This document shows, in pieces, positions 36,480-49,469 of a stretch of DNA of 64,000 nt (within the stretch, counting starts at the first letter, position 1; every line of letters begins with the position of its first letter). The notes below the pieces were generated by a model. It did not search any database and was not told the DNA's origin. It saw nothing but the letters and a program-made list of their open reading frames with translations. The DNA is taken from the NCBI GenBank assembly GCA_951804945.1, contig OX638151.1, forward strand, positions 74,090,001 to 74,154,000. Direction: 5' to 3'. A program made the position numbers and the translations under genes. This DNA is from Podarcis cretensis (lineage: Eukaryota).

Positions 36480-37420
36480 AATTCTGCCACTTTCAGCACC
36501 TTCATTTTCAGTATCCTTCTGGACCAACTTTGTGGATTAGAAGTACAGGACAGTACTTTTGCAGTAGTTCTACTCCTACCTTGCTGAAAGGATCCAGAAG
36601 GTGGTTTTAGGAGGCTGCTGCCCTTCTCTACAGGAATTATCCTGCAGTGTTTCTCTTATATTTAACATCTGCATTCAACCATCGGGGAAGGTTGTCTTGC
36701 AGTTTGGAGTGAGATGTCATCAGTATACTGACAATACCCAGTTCTCCATTTCTTTTCCAACAGAAAAGAAGGGCAGCTTTAGCAGTTTCTTGCTTTAACA
36801 ACTGCTTGAAATCAGTAATGTGGGGAATGTTATCTCATCCAGGGCAAGGAACCAGGAATGCATTTGGGGCATATTTCTGGATCTGAGTTTCCTCCTGGGT
36901 TGGCAAAGTGTTGCATGTGGCGCTCAGTGTGTCCCTTTCAGCACAAATTTCAATGATGCCCTTCTTTAAACAGACAACTTGTAATGTGCATGCCCTGACC
37001 ACCTCACAACTTAACTACTATATTACAGTTTGTGTAAAGCTGCCCTTGAAGATAATTAGATAATTCAGCTGGTTCAGAATACAGCAGGATATGTCCACCA
37101 CTAACTGCATGGAGTATGTTATACCATATTTACAAGAACTCCGCTGGTCATTGTTTCCAGCCTAATTTCAATGTGCTGATTTTAACTTTTTAAACCCTGC
37201 ATGGATCCACCGTATTTGACAATTTGTCTTCTTACACATGTACTTTGCTATGCCATAAAGTAGGAAGCATGAAGTCTGATAGTATGTGCTGCACCATCAG
37301 TAGCAGAGACTGGTTTCTACCAGCAGTAAAGCTTTTTTTGACATAGCATCCACAAATCAGAGTTCACTGCACAAATCCCTTTCAGAAGGCAATTTAAGTG
37401 TTTTCTTTTTAGGCAGGCCT
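36480..37420 (+). mobile_element. Degraded L2-type LINE reverse-transcriptase region
   Basis: GVRCHQYTDNTQF is a decayed YADDTQL RT motif; downstream cagctggttcagaat encodes a QLVQN motif. Confidence 0.7.
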
Positions 37421-37834
37421 CTGGTTTGTCAGTGACTGAGAGCTATGGCTATTTTAATTATTGGTTCCACATGTTAATGCTGTTTAAATGTTGACTTTTT
37501 ATATTTTGCCTTTCATGTACTTCAGAGCATTCAAAAAGAAGACTATATATACAAACAACTGGTAAAGCCAGCAAGGACAAGATTGCCAAGAGTGGGACAG
37601 GTGGTGGTGAACAGCAGCTTTGGGTTTTTTTTAAAGCTTCCTACATTTTGGATGTCTTCATTTGCTACTCTCTGAATAGCTAACCCACTGAACAAAAATA
37701 ATCCAGCTTTAACAAAATGTGAACTGAGAAATGAAGGAAGGCAAGTTGGGGTTGCTCTGGAACGGTGGCAGCTAGTTAAAAGGAGCTTGCCCTTGTAACA
37801 CAGCAACTTTTGTTTTTTCTGGAAGCTCACACTC

Positions 37835-38215
37835 AGACCATGAAGTCAACAACCCTTCAAGAATTTGGTATTCAGAGGTATACTTCCTTCCATGGAAGAA
37901 AACAATCATGGCTGGCAATAATTTCAGCAGTGAATTCTACACACTAATTATATGCTGTGTGATGACACACTTCCTCTTGACTGTTCTGAATATGCTGCCA
38001 ACTGATTTCATTACATGACCCTAATATGAAGAGCAAAGGATAAAAAGTCTCTCTATGCGCTTTCTCCATCCCATTCATAAACTTATAATCCTTTCTCATA
38101 TAGTTATCTTTTCCAAAAATAGAAAACTCCCAATAATACTCCAGCCTTTCCTTGTAGAGAACATGCTCCAATGCTTTCATTGTTTCAGTTGGTCTTTTCT
38201 GTATTGTCCCTGGCT
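37835..38215 (-). mobile_element. Degraded CR1 ORF2 3' fragment
   Basis: KRPTETMKALEHVLYKERL...YKFMNGMEK resembles CR1 RATKMIKGLEHL.YEERL...YKIMHGMEK. Confidence 0.75.
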
Positions 38216-39139
38216 TTGCTAAGTTGTTAGTTATATCAACAATATTGTTCTCTTGGAGCTGCATCTCCTCTTCTACAGAGTGATGACCACAATAGTAATG
38301 ATAATCTTCAACATTAAAATCCCTCCAAATTGTAAACTTTCTACAAAGCACAAGACAAGCAAAAGTGGGGTTGTTTTGATGAGAACTTTACCAATGACTC
38401 CCACTGCTAGACTTACATAAATGCCCTTTGCAAAGTGATCTGCATGTCCCCTCTACTCTTGTCAATAGGCAAGCTCCAATTTCCATGTTTCATCATCATC
38501 CATACTAGAACAAGAGCTTTTTCATCGGCTATTGATGCTATACGGAACATCTATCTTGCATCTCTTTGCTTCACTGACTCTCTATCCATTTTCTAATCTC
38601 CTCTGAAAATTGCCTCTCTGCTAGCTTGCTTTTGCCTCTTAAATAATAGAATAGGGCATAAAGACATTTGATTCCATTCCTTTATCACTTTCCTCCCAAC
38701 TTGCCAAAAGCATAGAAAGTAGTCACAAGAATTAAACTTTTTTTTTTTGCCTTCCCTTGCTGAAGTACTACTATTTTCTCATAGTGACCCCATGATTACT
38801 ATACACTACAGTCTAACACCACCATATTGTTTGTGTGCATAACAGGTGAGATAGATAATTGTAAGAGCATCAAACAGCACTTCCTATAAGCTTGCTCTGG
38901 ATCCCTTTTAAGGACTTCGTTAATCACTAAAATAAAGCACATGTTACTATATTTAGCAAAATAGAGCTTTTGTTATTTATGTGGCAGAATGTTTTGGCTT
39001 CCAGAATACTTCCAGGGAATCTTTCTATGAGTAATATTTCATTACCTCTTCTTTTTCTAGTGATCATAGCAGCTACAATTGTATATGTAAAGTACAGGAA
39101 ATAAAACCAGAGACTAAGATTCAAGAGATTAGTAAGTAT

Positions 39140-39383
39140 GTTGAAAGCGTGCCCCAAGCTTCTGGGTGCCGGCAAGCGCTCCGCTAGCCATGGGAGAGCT
39201 GCGTCTCCCACGGCTAGCGGATAGCTTCCTGAAGCCTGGAGAGCGAGAGGGGTCGGTGCGCACCGACCCCCCTCGCTCTCTAGGCTTCAGCGAAAGCCTG
39301 CATTCGCCCCATAGGACGCACATACATTTCCCATTCATTTTTGGAGGGGGAAAAGTGTGTCCTATAGGGCGAAAAATACGGTA
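39140..39383. mobile_element. One-ended Tc2-like (TcMar) MITE with two internal hairpins
   Basis: Right end ...CCTATAGGGCGAAAAATACGG-TA is homologous to the right end of 50463-50721. Left TIR is missing; CpG-rich. Confidence 0.75.
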
Positions 39384-39572
39384 AATGGCTATCTTTAGTT
39401 ATTTTTTGTTTTTTCCTATATTTCCTATTCTTTACCATAACTTGTGAAGCTCCAACTGTCATACATAAATACACACGTACCTGTTTTCTCCCTCTCATTG
39501 TTTTATACTTTATGCAAAGTCTCAAGACTAGTCCCAAATCTTATCTGGTTGAAATAAAAGTTTAACTCTGAC

Positions 39573-39793
39573 CTGAACCAAGAGGTGTCCTGAACTGGAA
39601 AACCGAGCTTCATTTTCATTAATTTCATTGATCTGCTTCATTAGTTGCAACAGTATTTCAACAGTTCCCTTGCTGACCATCTCATTAATGAGCTTTGCAT
39701 TTCCAGAAATGAATTTTATAGCGCCCATACAATAGAGAAAGGCCTCAGTAGTTGCTTGCAAGTCTTCAGCTCTCAGAACTTCTAGCAGAGAAT
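39573..39793 (-). CDS. ARMC2: ARMC2 coding exon 9, DSLLEVLRAEDL...GHLLVQ
   Basis: ccatag|AT to CAG|gtcaga, 221 nt. Confidence 0.95.
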
Positions 39794-40514
39794 CTATGGA
39801 GAAAATTGTGAATGCTAATCTGAACAATGCTTATTGCCTCTTACCTTGAAGTGACCAAGAGTGGGAGTGCCCAGACATTTGCCCAAGGGAAATGCCCCAC
39901 CTCCTCCTTCCCAAGGCAGCCTGCTGTACCTGCCCCCCCCAAAAAAAACCCTGTTCTGAAAAGGAACAGGGCTGGGATGAGGGGCTATAGTATCAGGGAA
40001 ACTGGCTGGAGGGAGCTTGGGTGAGCAGAGCTGATTCACACAAGCTACCGCCACCCCATTTTAGAGTGTACATATGCAAGACTTTAAGTAATCAAAATGA
40101 GGCATCATCTATTTATGTTGCTGATTACTTTCTGGGATCAAATACATTCACTACCTTCAAGATAGCAGGCAGGCTGGCTGGCTGAATATAGATGTGAGCT
40201 GACATTTTTTCTGGTGCTCAGTTGTGGTTTATTTGAGTTCAAAAGGTTAAAATAAAAACTTCCCTCCATCCTTGAAGTATGAAAGGCAGACATACCTGGA
40301 TACTGAAGAGTGTGGGAAATTCAGAGTGCTTTATGCTCGGGGGGGGGGGGGAGCAATCTAAAATCAAAATGCAGCCTGGAAATCATGTCTGCATTCCTGC
40401 TTCATTTCTAGACTGCTCCATTTCCCCCAACAAATTAAATGTGTATTTTCTCTTATAAATTACCCAAGAAATAAAACATGGGTACAGCCATGGTAGAATT
40501 TATAAGATACTTAC

Positions 40515-40617
40515 CCAATATTTGGTCATGTTGAATGATGGAATCATTTTTTTCATTTCTGCTTATTTTAAACACCAGTTTGCAGACATTAAGCAGGTTC
40601 TTTCCACTTACTTTCAG
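40515..40617 (-). CDS. ARMC2: ARMC2 coding exon 8, LKVSGKNLLNVCKLVFKISRNEKNDSIIQHDQIL
   Basis: ttgcag|CTG to TGG|gtaagt, 103 nt. Confidence 0.95.
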
Positions 40618-40902
40618 CTGCAAATAACACAGGAAAAAAGCAACATCAGTGCAATCAATACTTGATGGGGAAATCTGTTTTAAATAGACAAGGATCAGTG
40701 TGTCAAAAAAGTGCAGGAAGGACTTGATGGGTTCCCAAAAATCTTAAACTATGGTTTAGGAAGCTGGGGTTGTTACATCACAACTGGCTGTCTGGCATAA
40801 TTAATCACAGAATTCTCAGACTCTCCTTTCCTAACTGTGCTCTTGAATTCCTGGGCAAAAGTGATATGACTGCTCCTTACCCAAACAAGCGCACACACAC
40901 AA

Positions 40903-40933
40903 GCACGCGCGCGCGCACACACACACACACACA
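40903..40933. repeat. (GC)n-(AC)n alternating purine-pyrimidine tract
   Basis: gcacgcgcgcgcgcacacacacacacacaca, directly visible. Confidence 0.9.
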
Positions 40934-41977
40934 TTGGTGAGAAGATATGGAAAGCATGCATGAAATACTACACAAAAATTTAATCAGGCATAACACAAAA
41001 TAAAGGGTGCAATTCAAACCATTTATGCAATTTTTAAGTTCCACTGTTTTTGGTGTGAGAGATTTAAGCATGAGCTTGATTTCAATGAGACTACAACCTT
41101 TCATGGGCAATATATATTAAAAACATAGAAACCAAAAGGCAACCAAAAGACTCGTTCATATTCATGTGCTTAAGTCAGAGATCTCTACAGATGTGCCTAA
41201 TTTTATCTGTATTGCACTCATGATTCTGAGGTCTATTTTTATAGGAGTGAAGGGTTTTTGTACAAATGCAGTTTAAAATCTAAAAATGAGAACGTCATGT
41301 CAGGACGGCTGACAAGACTGTTCCTTCACACCCATTACAGTCATTCAAGCTGTATTAAAATTTTAACTGAGTATGAAAACTAAAAGTATGCAAATGTGTT
41401 TCACCTCTTTCCCCCCAATATTTTCAATGTGGAATAAGAGCTTATGATACATAGAGCAGTGAGAGAAACATAAGATTTTTTTTCCAGATCCTTAGGTTTT
41501 TTAATCAGAGATTTCATCTTTTTTATTGTGGGTTGCATTTTAATGGTATATTTCTCACAGGAAGTTTCTGTGGCTTTACTTAACAATCTAATACATCTGA
41601 TTCACTTGAGAGAGGCTTATAGTTTTCCAGTTTGATGCATAGCACAGCATTAATAGACAAATATTCTGGATATTCTGGTGCGCTAAAACCAATAAAACAA
41701 AACATATATTTGGGATACTATGTAGCAATGCAGATTTTTGTTTTAATAGGGCAATTATTAAAAATCACATGCTCACAGGATTTGTATTTCAGGCTTATAA
41801 AACTATGTTAATCCAGTATTTTTGAACTTTTGGTTTAACTCTGTGTGTTCTCTTTTGTGAAAAGTTGTTGTGTTTCTTGATACTTAGGATTCATCATACA
41901 ATTTCACACAAACAGGGAGCTTAAAGCACATACAAAACATCACATTGCACCATGATCCCTCCAAACTTTTAACTTAC

Positions 41978-42153
41978 GCCCAGAATAATTTTTGCAAGTT
42001 TCAGGCCAAGCACATCTGAAGCAATGTCAACTAATTTGTATAAAGTCTTCAGAAGCAAATTTCGTCTTTTAAATCGCTTGCAAAGCATATTTCCTTCCTC
42101 CAAGGCCTTATAGAGAATAGTACAGGCATGGCAAAGTCTTTCTACGTTGTCCT
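41978..42153 (-). CDS. ARMC2: ARMC2 coding exon 7, EDNVERLCHAC...LAKIILG
   Basis: aaatag|AG to GGC|gtaagt, 176 nt. Confidence 0.95.
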
Positions 42154-43021
42154 CTATTTGATATGGAAAAGAATAAAGCAACATCAATTATCAAACATTT
42201 TTCAGAGTCACCAAGAAAAAACAAAACCATAAATTGACTAAAAGGAAAAGCGTTACAGAGATATAAGAAACTCAGTATCAAGCATGATTCTAAAAACTGT
42301 AGACTAAACCTGAAACCTTTAGGTCAGGGGTGAGTAATCTCCAGCCCACGGGCCTAATTAAGGCCCATCAGCTCTCTGCATTTGGTCTGTACTGTAATGC
42401 CATTTTGGCCAAGCTGCGCCCACCTGCCCTATTCATAGATGTCATATGTCGTGCAGGTAAACATGTGGCTCAGGCAAAAGGGGTTTGCAGGCATCACTGA
42501 TCAGCTGATTGACAACACTTGCAAAGCACCTCAGGTGCTGTGAAGCCCTATGCACAAAGGTTTGCAACCTTCAATGACCAGCTGATCCTTGGAACTTGCA
42601 AAGCATTATACATAGTGTTCTACAAGCACTGATGATCAGCTGACTGTCAGTACCTTGCGGGTTATGCTTTTGCCCCCATGGTTTGATTTCACACCATGCA
42701 GGCAAAAGCAGGTCACCTGATATCATTGTGATCGGCATCAGCTGAATGTCATCAGCATACTGATAGCACACTGCCCAAATCTCCTAATGACCACTCCCAG
42801 TGGCTTCATGTACATGTTGAATAGCATTTTCCCCTACCCCAAATCTGAAATGGCAGTCCTGATCATAGTGCTGAAAAGCAGATGTGGATCACGCCCTCAA
42901 CCATAAGCCACAATATATTACCAATGCAAGTACATTAATTGGAAGATCAATTACTGGAAGTAAGTATTGGAAAATCTATTTTGTGAAAGTCATAACAAGT
43001 ATCATAGAAACCATTATGCAC

Positions 43022-43108
43022 CAGACTCTAATTCGTGTAGAATTGGTAAAATTTTCATATTCCAGTAGTTTTCTTCTTCTTCTGTCTCATTAGCTTCCAA
43101 AGTATTTT
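43022..43108 (-). CDS. ARMC2: ARMC2 coding exon 6, ENTLEANETEEEENYWNMKILPILHELES
   Basis: tttcag|AA to CTG|gtgcat, 87 nt. Contains the WN..I.PIL.ELE motif. Confidence 0.88.
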
Positions 43109-44311
43109 CTGAAATTTGAAAACATGTTATTAAGTGACCACACATTGAAACTTACACAACATATGCAAAACTGATTTTAACAACCATATTAATACTTTAG
43201 AATGTGTAAATGAGTGGAATATTGACAATCTAAAGTACAGTATCTGCCTAAGCAATAAAAAATTATTTAAGGTTATTATTTTCAACTACCTCAATGTATG
43301 TTTACATTTTTTAAAAGGAAACTTAAACAACAAAAATTGACAAGTTGAACAAAATGTCTTGGTGGTTTGTCGGTCATAACCACATCTTTGCAGTCTGGTC
43401 AGAGAAGTGACATTGGCTTGCATTTATTGGCTGCTGTTTTTAGTATGTAAATACAAAAGCCTTAGCAACACTGAAAGTCGAACCCTTCCAAGCTTACTGT
43501 TTCAACCTTTTTGCAGAAGCAATGGAAAAGAAATACACTAAGCTTTACATATAAGTGAATCACTCTAACAGGTTCTTAGCAGTGTAAAATAGCTTGACTG
43601 TACTAAATGAGAATGTATATTGGGCAGCTGCATACGAATTCTAACCACTGCTAGAATATCATAATACTGAGTGATGATGCTCTTTTGCAGCTTTTGAATG
43701 CTCCATTAAAAAGACTTTTGTAATGGGTTGCTTCCAATATGCCTGTTTAGCAAATTAGAGTACCAGGCAGGTTGAATCACTTCTAGCCCAGTTTTTAATT
43801 AGAAGGGAACACTCAAAAATTATGTAAGTGAAACAAATCTAAAGGCTATTTCAAATTTCAGGTATAGGTTATATTTTTAGTTAGAAAATAAATAAAACAG
43901 AACATCATGTCTATTCAGAAACCTGACACAATGCAGCAAGGTGTGAAAGCTGGCGTGGTGCAACTTTTAGATTTAGTTGGCATGCTAGTATCAGGCACAA
44001 TCTTTCCTAAGCATGTTTACTTGGAAGTAAACCCCAGTGAGTTATTTTTCCAGGTATTTTGTTACAACACCTTGTAAAATGTTAGCTGTGAGTACTTCTT
44101 GAAGAAAAATGTTGAGAAAGAACATAATTAGCAAATCACATGTCTCACTGCTATCACGATAAAAACAGCTTCATGAAAAAAATCAGATGCTTACAATTAT
44201 GCATATCACTTATGTTTTCTAAATGCAAAGGTGCAACCCAGCAGTGTACAAGAAAGAAAGCCAGTAATTTTTTTTAAAAAAATCTATGCTCAACCAAACT
44301 ATGTGATGTAC

Positions 44312-44388
44312 CTGACACAGTTGCAGACTTAGTCCACTCAGTGTTTTCTAGGCACGATGAAGGACTTTCTTGCCCGTTAACCTGGTCA
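44312..44388 (-). CDS. ARMC2: ARMC2 coding exon 5, DQVNGQESPSSCLENTEWTKSATVS
   Basis: tttaag|T to CAG|gtacat, 77 nt. DQ...SSC matches the recalled human exon and the phases fit. Confidence 0.8.
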
Positions 44389-47300
44389 CTTAAAAATGGG
44401 AGATGAGATTAACACAGAGAAAACTGTAGGTACACATCAACATCATGTACATAGTAGCACTTTCAGCTTTCCATGCACACAACTGGGAAAGTCATTTTTG
44501 GAAAATTGAAAGTGCACCTCAGTGCTGGTAGAACTTTACCAAATCATCCCCCAGGAAAATGCACACACTGTAGTCTCAGATCTGGGGTTTTCTTAGCAAC
44601 CCAAACTAGAACATAAACACCAACTTTCTGATAAACTGGAGAGTCGGGCTTCCCGCCTAGCCCAATAACTTCCTATTATCTGATTGGGACTACCAACCAC
44701 AGCTCACAATCAGAGGATCAATGCAGAGGCTGCCAAGTGTTGACACTGAGAAAATTCTAGGCCTAAGTTAACTCACCACAATCAGTTTGGGAATCTTATA
44801 GATAGAGCAGGAGTCTGTCTGCTCTGTCCAGCCTTAGCTAAGCAAAAATAGCCATAAATTTATTTATGTCTTCTGGTGCCAGTCTGGAAAGCCAACAGGC
44901 AATCCTCAGCTGAGGCAAAAGGCCCATCATCATATTATATACATTTTGACCAGCTAGTTATAGGAGTAATGAAAGCTCCTATAAGCTCCTTTTGTGCTTC
45001 CACCTCACTGATTAATACCAGTACCACTTGTGTTTACCATTATCATAAGTGAGACTTGTCAATTGTTTAATACAGTTAATAATTTTATATATTACTTACA
45101 TTTTCCCACAAGTTGTATTTAAACAATATATCACGAATCAATCAAAGCATGCTGCAATTAAACCGTCAGGCCACAAGAGGCCGCCATTATTGAACATAAA
45201 ATACTGACAAACTTTCTATTCAAGACTGAGAGAATCAACAGTACAAAGGATTTTGCTGTCATGAAATAATGAAGTGAATCTAAATCTTATCTTTAAATTC
45301 TACTTATTGTACTTTCTTAGAGCAATTGGTGCTTATGCAAAATGTATATATTAACATCTGATCTTCAAAAAAGGTATACATTTTATATTTTCAACAGAAA
45401 ACATCAGGTAGATTTTATTTTATTTTACAAAAAACTGTTTGCTTTGAAATACTCTTCTATCATTTCAATAGTATTTTGCAGTGTAAAAAGCAGTTAAGAG
45501 TCTGTGAATTCTCATTTCTGAGCTCAGTTAAGATTTGCACAAAACAACCATACATCCATTTCGCCCTTAAAATCCCCACACTTGTTGGTGCTTGTGAGAT
45601 AAAGACAATTCTCTTAATTATGAGGAGTAATTATCTAACCATCCCATTATGCATATTAAGCTTCTGTAAACCAACTTGGGAAGGCTTTGCTGTGAAAGGT
45701 GGCATAGAGTACTTTTAAAGAAACAAGAGTTCTGCTTGAATTTCAATGGTCCCGTGGTAATTTGGTCACAAAATGTTAATATGAAGCAACATTTACAGCC
45801 AGTGAAATCTACTGGGCAGTTCTTATGGCTAGAAGTTCATGACTAAGTTACTATCAAATTCCAGGAAAGTGGACACAAGGTTAGGGGGGAAAGGAAGGAG
45901 GGGAACTAGAGCAGAAGCTTATGTTTGAATTATATAGTTTTTTTAGATCCCATAGGATTTTATACAACTCATACTTATGAGTAGGTCAATTGATTTCATT
46001 GGGTCTACTCTGACTTAGTTAGAGACAACCTTATAACTGTAAGCATCATGTACCTGAATAACATGGACATAAGAAAAATTAAAGGTGCCTATTATGTAGA
46101 GCAGTGCTTTTGTCAGTGTGAATACTAGAATTTAAAGAGCATCAATCCACTTACGTAAGATTTTAATCCTACATACTTTGCTACCATAATTAGGCATTGT
46201 CAAATCATATTCACTAAGCACAGCGAAAATGAAATAGAACAATCTGCCTCAAAACTGGAGTGCATGTAAACATCTAGTATTCAAAAGTAATATGGATAAG
46301 AAAAAGTGAAAACGTGCCGATAGAGATAAATCAGTTTAGGTGAATGTAAAGAAATTTAACTGCAACAGTAATTCTGCGAAGTGACAAATTATTTGAGTAT
46401 ACCTGCAAATTTAACAATTATAACTCTGTGCGAGGCACAGTGTCATCAATTATGAAGAATGGTAGATGCAAACCCTTTGCAAGCAAGTATTCACTTGGGG
46501 ACGAAAACTAATTTCCAGCCTCGCTGCCATACAAAATGAGCAGAATGAAAGCAAGTTTGGAAAAGCTCAATACGTTTTTGCAGCCCATGAAATCCGTTAT
46601 ACAAAATATTTTAGTATGAAGGGACATAAATCAGCTTAGGATGAAAACGAAGCATATTCTTTCCTCTATATCTGCCTCCTTCCACCAACTTGCCCCCCCC
46701 CCAACTTTTCCTATTAAATTTCAAGTGCCCTGTGTTTGGCATCCCATTCTGCACCCATTCCTCATTGCCTTTCAATCTCTTTCCTTTTGTTTGGTCTTTC
46801 CAATATACCGTAGAATGTGCAGACTTGGATTAAGTCCAGGACACAAGCTGGACTTATATTCTAAACTGTTAGAACTGGTTATCAAATTACTTTCTCAGGC
46901 TCGGTGTTAAAGAAACTTTAGCTCATAATATAACTCTAAAATATTACTATGAAACATATTGTAATAAACTCAACTGTAATCAAGCATTAATTCCATCTTA
47001 TTTTAGAAAAGTGATAATATAGCAACAGCTGGCACAATCAGGTAATCGTTTGGTGGAGGAGAAATTGGGTACCAATTAGACTTTTTTTTACTCCTGGCCT
47101 CTTGGAACTGGCAGATTCTTCTGCAGCAACAACTGCATGCATACAGTCCTGATCAATCTTAAGCAGAGCATATGCACTGGCAAGAAAGGCAAAAAGTAGA
47201 ACTATTGGCTGATAACCACTGGGGAATTAAGTATCAATGACACCTGCTTGAATGGAGACAAAATGAGCATCTCACTAAAGTTAATAGGCCCAAGGACATT

Positions 47301-47927
47301 AAAAAATCATTGCCTGGGAAAACAGTGGTATATTTTTTCTTTGCAATCATCTAATAAGGGCTCAGAATCCATGTTTTAGGGAATGTAGCAGAACATCTGC
47401 ATCCAATACCCTAGCCACTTTTTTGTTTGGAAGCTTCATTAGTTGTCATTATTGTTAAACAAAATAATGTTCCTATAAACAATGCAAACAAATGTAGCAT
47501 CAATCTTTGAGAAAGAGGTACAAGAGGCTTAAAATACAGCCTGGACAAGAATGATAATTTTGACCCTGGGTCCTGTATGTTTAGATCCATAAAGAGTATT
47601 TGGAGAGGGGCAGCGATTTGCTGTTGTCAGGAAAAGGGGCATAGGAAGTATTCCTTAATTTTGTAAACAGTTGTCTACCATTTTTTAAACATTTTACAAT
47701 TTACAACAGCAGGAAGCACAAAGTTTGGTGCTAAGATTCCTAACACCAATGCAAGAGGAAACCATTTGATCCTTTGGTAGATTAGGAACTAGTTTTCCTT
47801 ACTGCATCAGGGGATAAAGCTAAAAACACTTGCCAAGGGGAGAAGCAAGCCAGTGTCTTTTTAGGAAGCTGGCAGTTGAACCAGGAATAAAGAAATACAA
47901 TAAAATCTAATGAAGATGAAAATTAAG

Positions 47928-47930
<3 letters not shown>

Positions 47931-47959
<29 letters not shown>
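47931..47959. repeat. (AC)n microsatellite
   Basis: Directly visible. Confidence 0.9.
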
Positions 47960-47960
<1 letters not shown>

Positions 47961-48019
47961 TTGGGTCGCTTCATTCAAAATCCCTGGGGGGAAATAGTAA
48001 TGTTATTATTGGTGTTGAG

Positions 48020-48275
48020 TAAAAGACCTCTGGGTGGTTAAGTCCAGTCAAATTTGACTATGGGGTGCAGTGCTCATCTTCACTTTCAGGCCGAGGGAGC
48101 CACTGTTTGTTCACAGAGAGCTTTTTGGATCACGTGGCCAGCATGACTAAACTGCTTCTGGAGCAACGGGGCACCATGATGGAAGCCAGAGCACACGGAA
48201 ACGCTGTTTACCTTCCCACCACAATGGTACCTATTTATCTACTCACGCTGGTATGCTTTCAAACTGCTGGGTGGT
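48020..48275 (-). mobile_element. Older, 5'-truncated Sauria SINE subfamily copy
   Basis: Shares gcacacggaaacgc.gtttaccttccc...cctatttatctact...gctttc.aactgct with the young copies in reverse orientation, but is diverged. Confidence 0.8.
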
Positions 48276-48391
48276 AACATTATTTGAAAGATTTGTTTCA
48301 TTTATAACTATCAGTAACTGGAGAGTTACTAAGAATTCCAAATAGTAGCATATTTTACAGGAGGAATTTGAACACTGTTATCATCTTTAAT

Positions 48392-48801
48392 CTGGACCAT
48401 AAAGAAGGCTGATCGCCGAAGAATTGATGCTTTTGAACTATGGTGCTGGAGGAGACTCTTGAGAGTCCCATGGACTGCAAGAAGATCAAATGTATCAATT
48501 CTTAAGGAAATCGGCCCTGAGTGCTGACTGGAACGACAGATCGTGAAGCTGACGCTCCAATACTTTGGCCACCTCATGAGAAAAGAGGACGCCCTGGAAA
48601 AGACCCTGATGCTGGGAAAGATGGAGGGCACAAGGAGAAGGGGACGACAGAGGACGAGATGGTTGGACAGTGTTCTCGAAGCTACCAGCATGAGTCTGGC
48701 CAAACTCTGGGAGGCGGTGGAGGACAGAGGTGCCTGGCGTGCTCTGGTTCATGGGGTCACAAAGAGTCAGACATGACTAAACGACTAATCAACAACAACA
48801 A
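48392..48801 (+). mobile_element. 5'-truncated RTE-BovB LINE
   Basis: Encodes WTIKKADRRRIDAFELWCWRRLLRVPWTARRSN...YFGHLMR...LEKTLMLGK (one internal stop). (CAA)n tail; 12-bp TSD ATCATCTTTAAT (48380-48391 / 48802-48813). Confidence 0.93.
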
Positions 48802-49264
48802 ATCATCTTTAATATGTAAAATCATTTTTTTGCCATGTAGTTGAAAAAGAATGTTTTTATTTGGCCTCTAGCATACCTTAATTTTTGAGCTAATTTTTCA
48901 GCAATAGCTATGGACCAGATTTAATTATGCCATAGATCATTATTTAATCCTTCTTAAATATATCCATTTTCTTGTGATAACCATCATGATGGCTAACAGT
49001 GGTGTAGTGCCATGAAGTCACCCTCCCGACAGCAATACCACTGTCACCTGGGACACAGGGAAGGGCAGTGAGGTCAGTGCTGTGTTGATGCACTGCTGGA
49101 GCCAACATGGCCCTTCTGCATCCTGTGCCATCCTGCACCCTTGCGCCACCCCACTAAGCAACAGCGATGCTGATGCCAGTAGCGTGGCTCCATGGCAGCA
49201 CACCAGCTGCTCCCACTTTTAAACGTTTTGTGTGAAAATACCTGAAGATAAATAAAATACTGAC

Positions 49265-49469
49265 CATTGATTGCTGCACTGAGGTGAAGGCAAAATGTCT
49301 GTCATTTGTGAATATACTTCTTCCCCTTCTATCTTATTTTGATGCTCTTTATATGTTAATGGAACACACTTATCCTTAAAGGTCAACTGGACAGTCAGGT
49401 TTTGACTTTCACCTCTAGTTCCAGAACTATCACACGTGGTAGGATGGTCTTCAAAATTCAGTGTCTTAC
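49265..49469 (-). CDS. ARMC2: ARMC2 coding exon 4 (poorly conserved linker), (S)KTLNFEDHPTT...SPQCSNQ
   Basis: aaaacag|GTAAGA to ATG|gtcagt. The 205 nt open frame bridges phase 1 to phase 2, exactly as the flanking exons require. Sequence similarity to human is weak. Confidence 0.75.
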
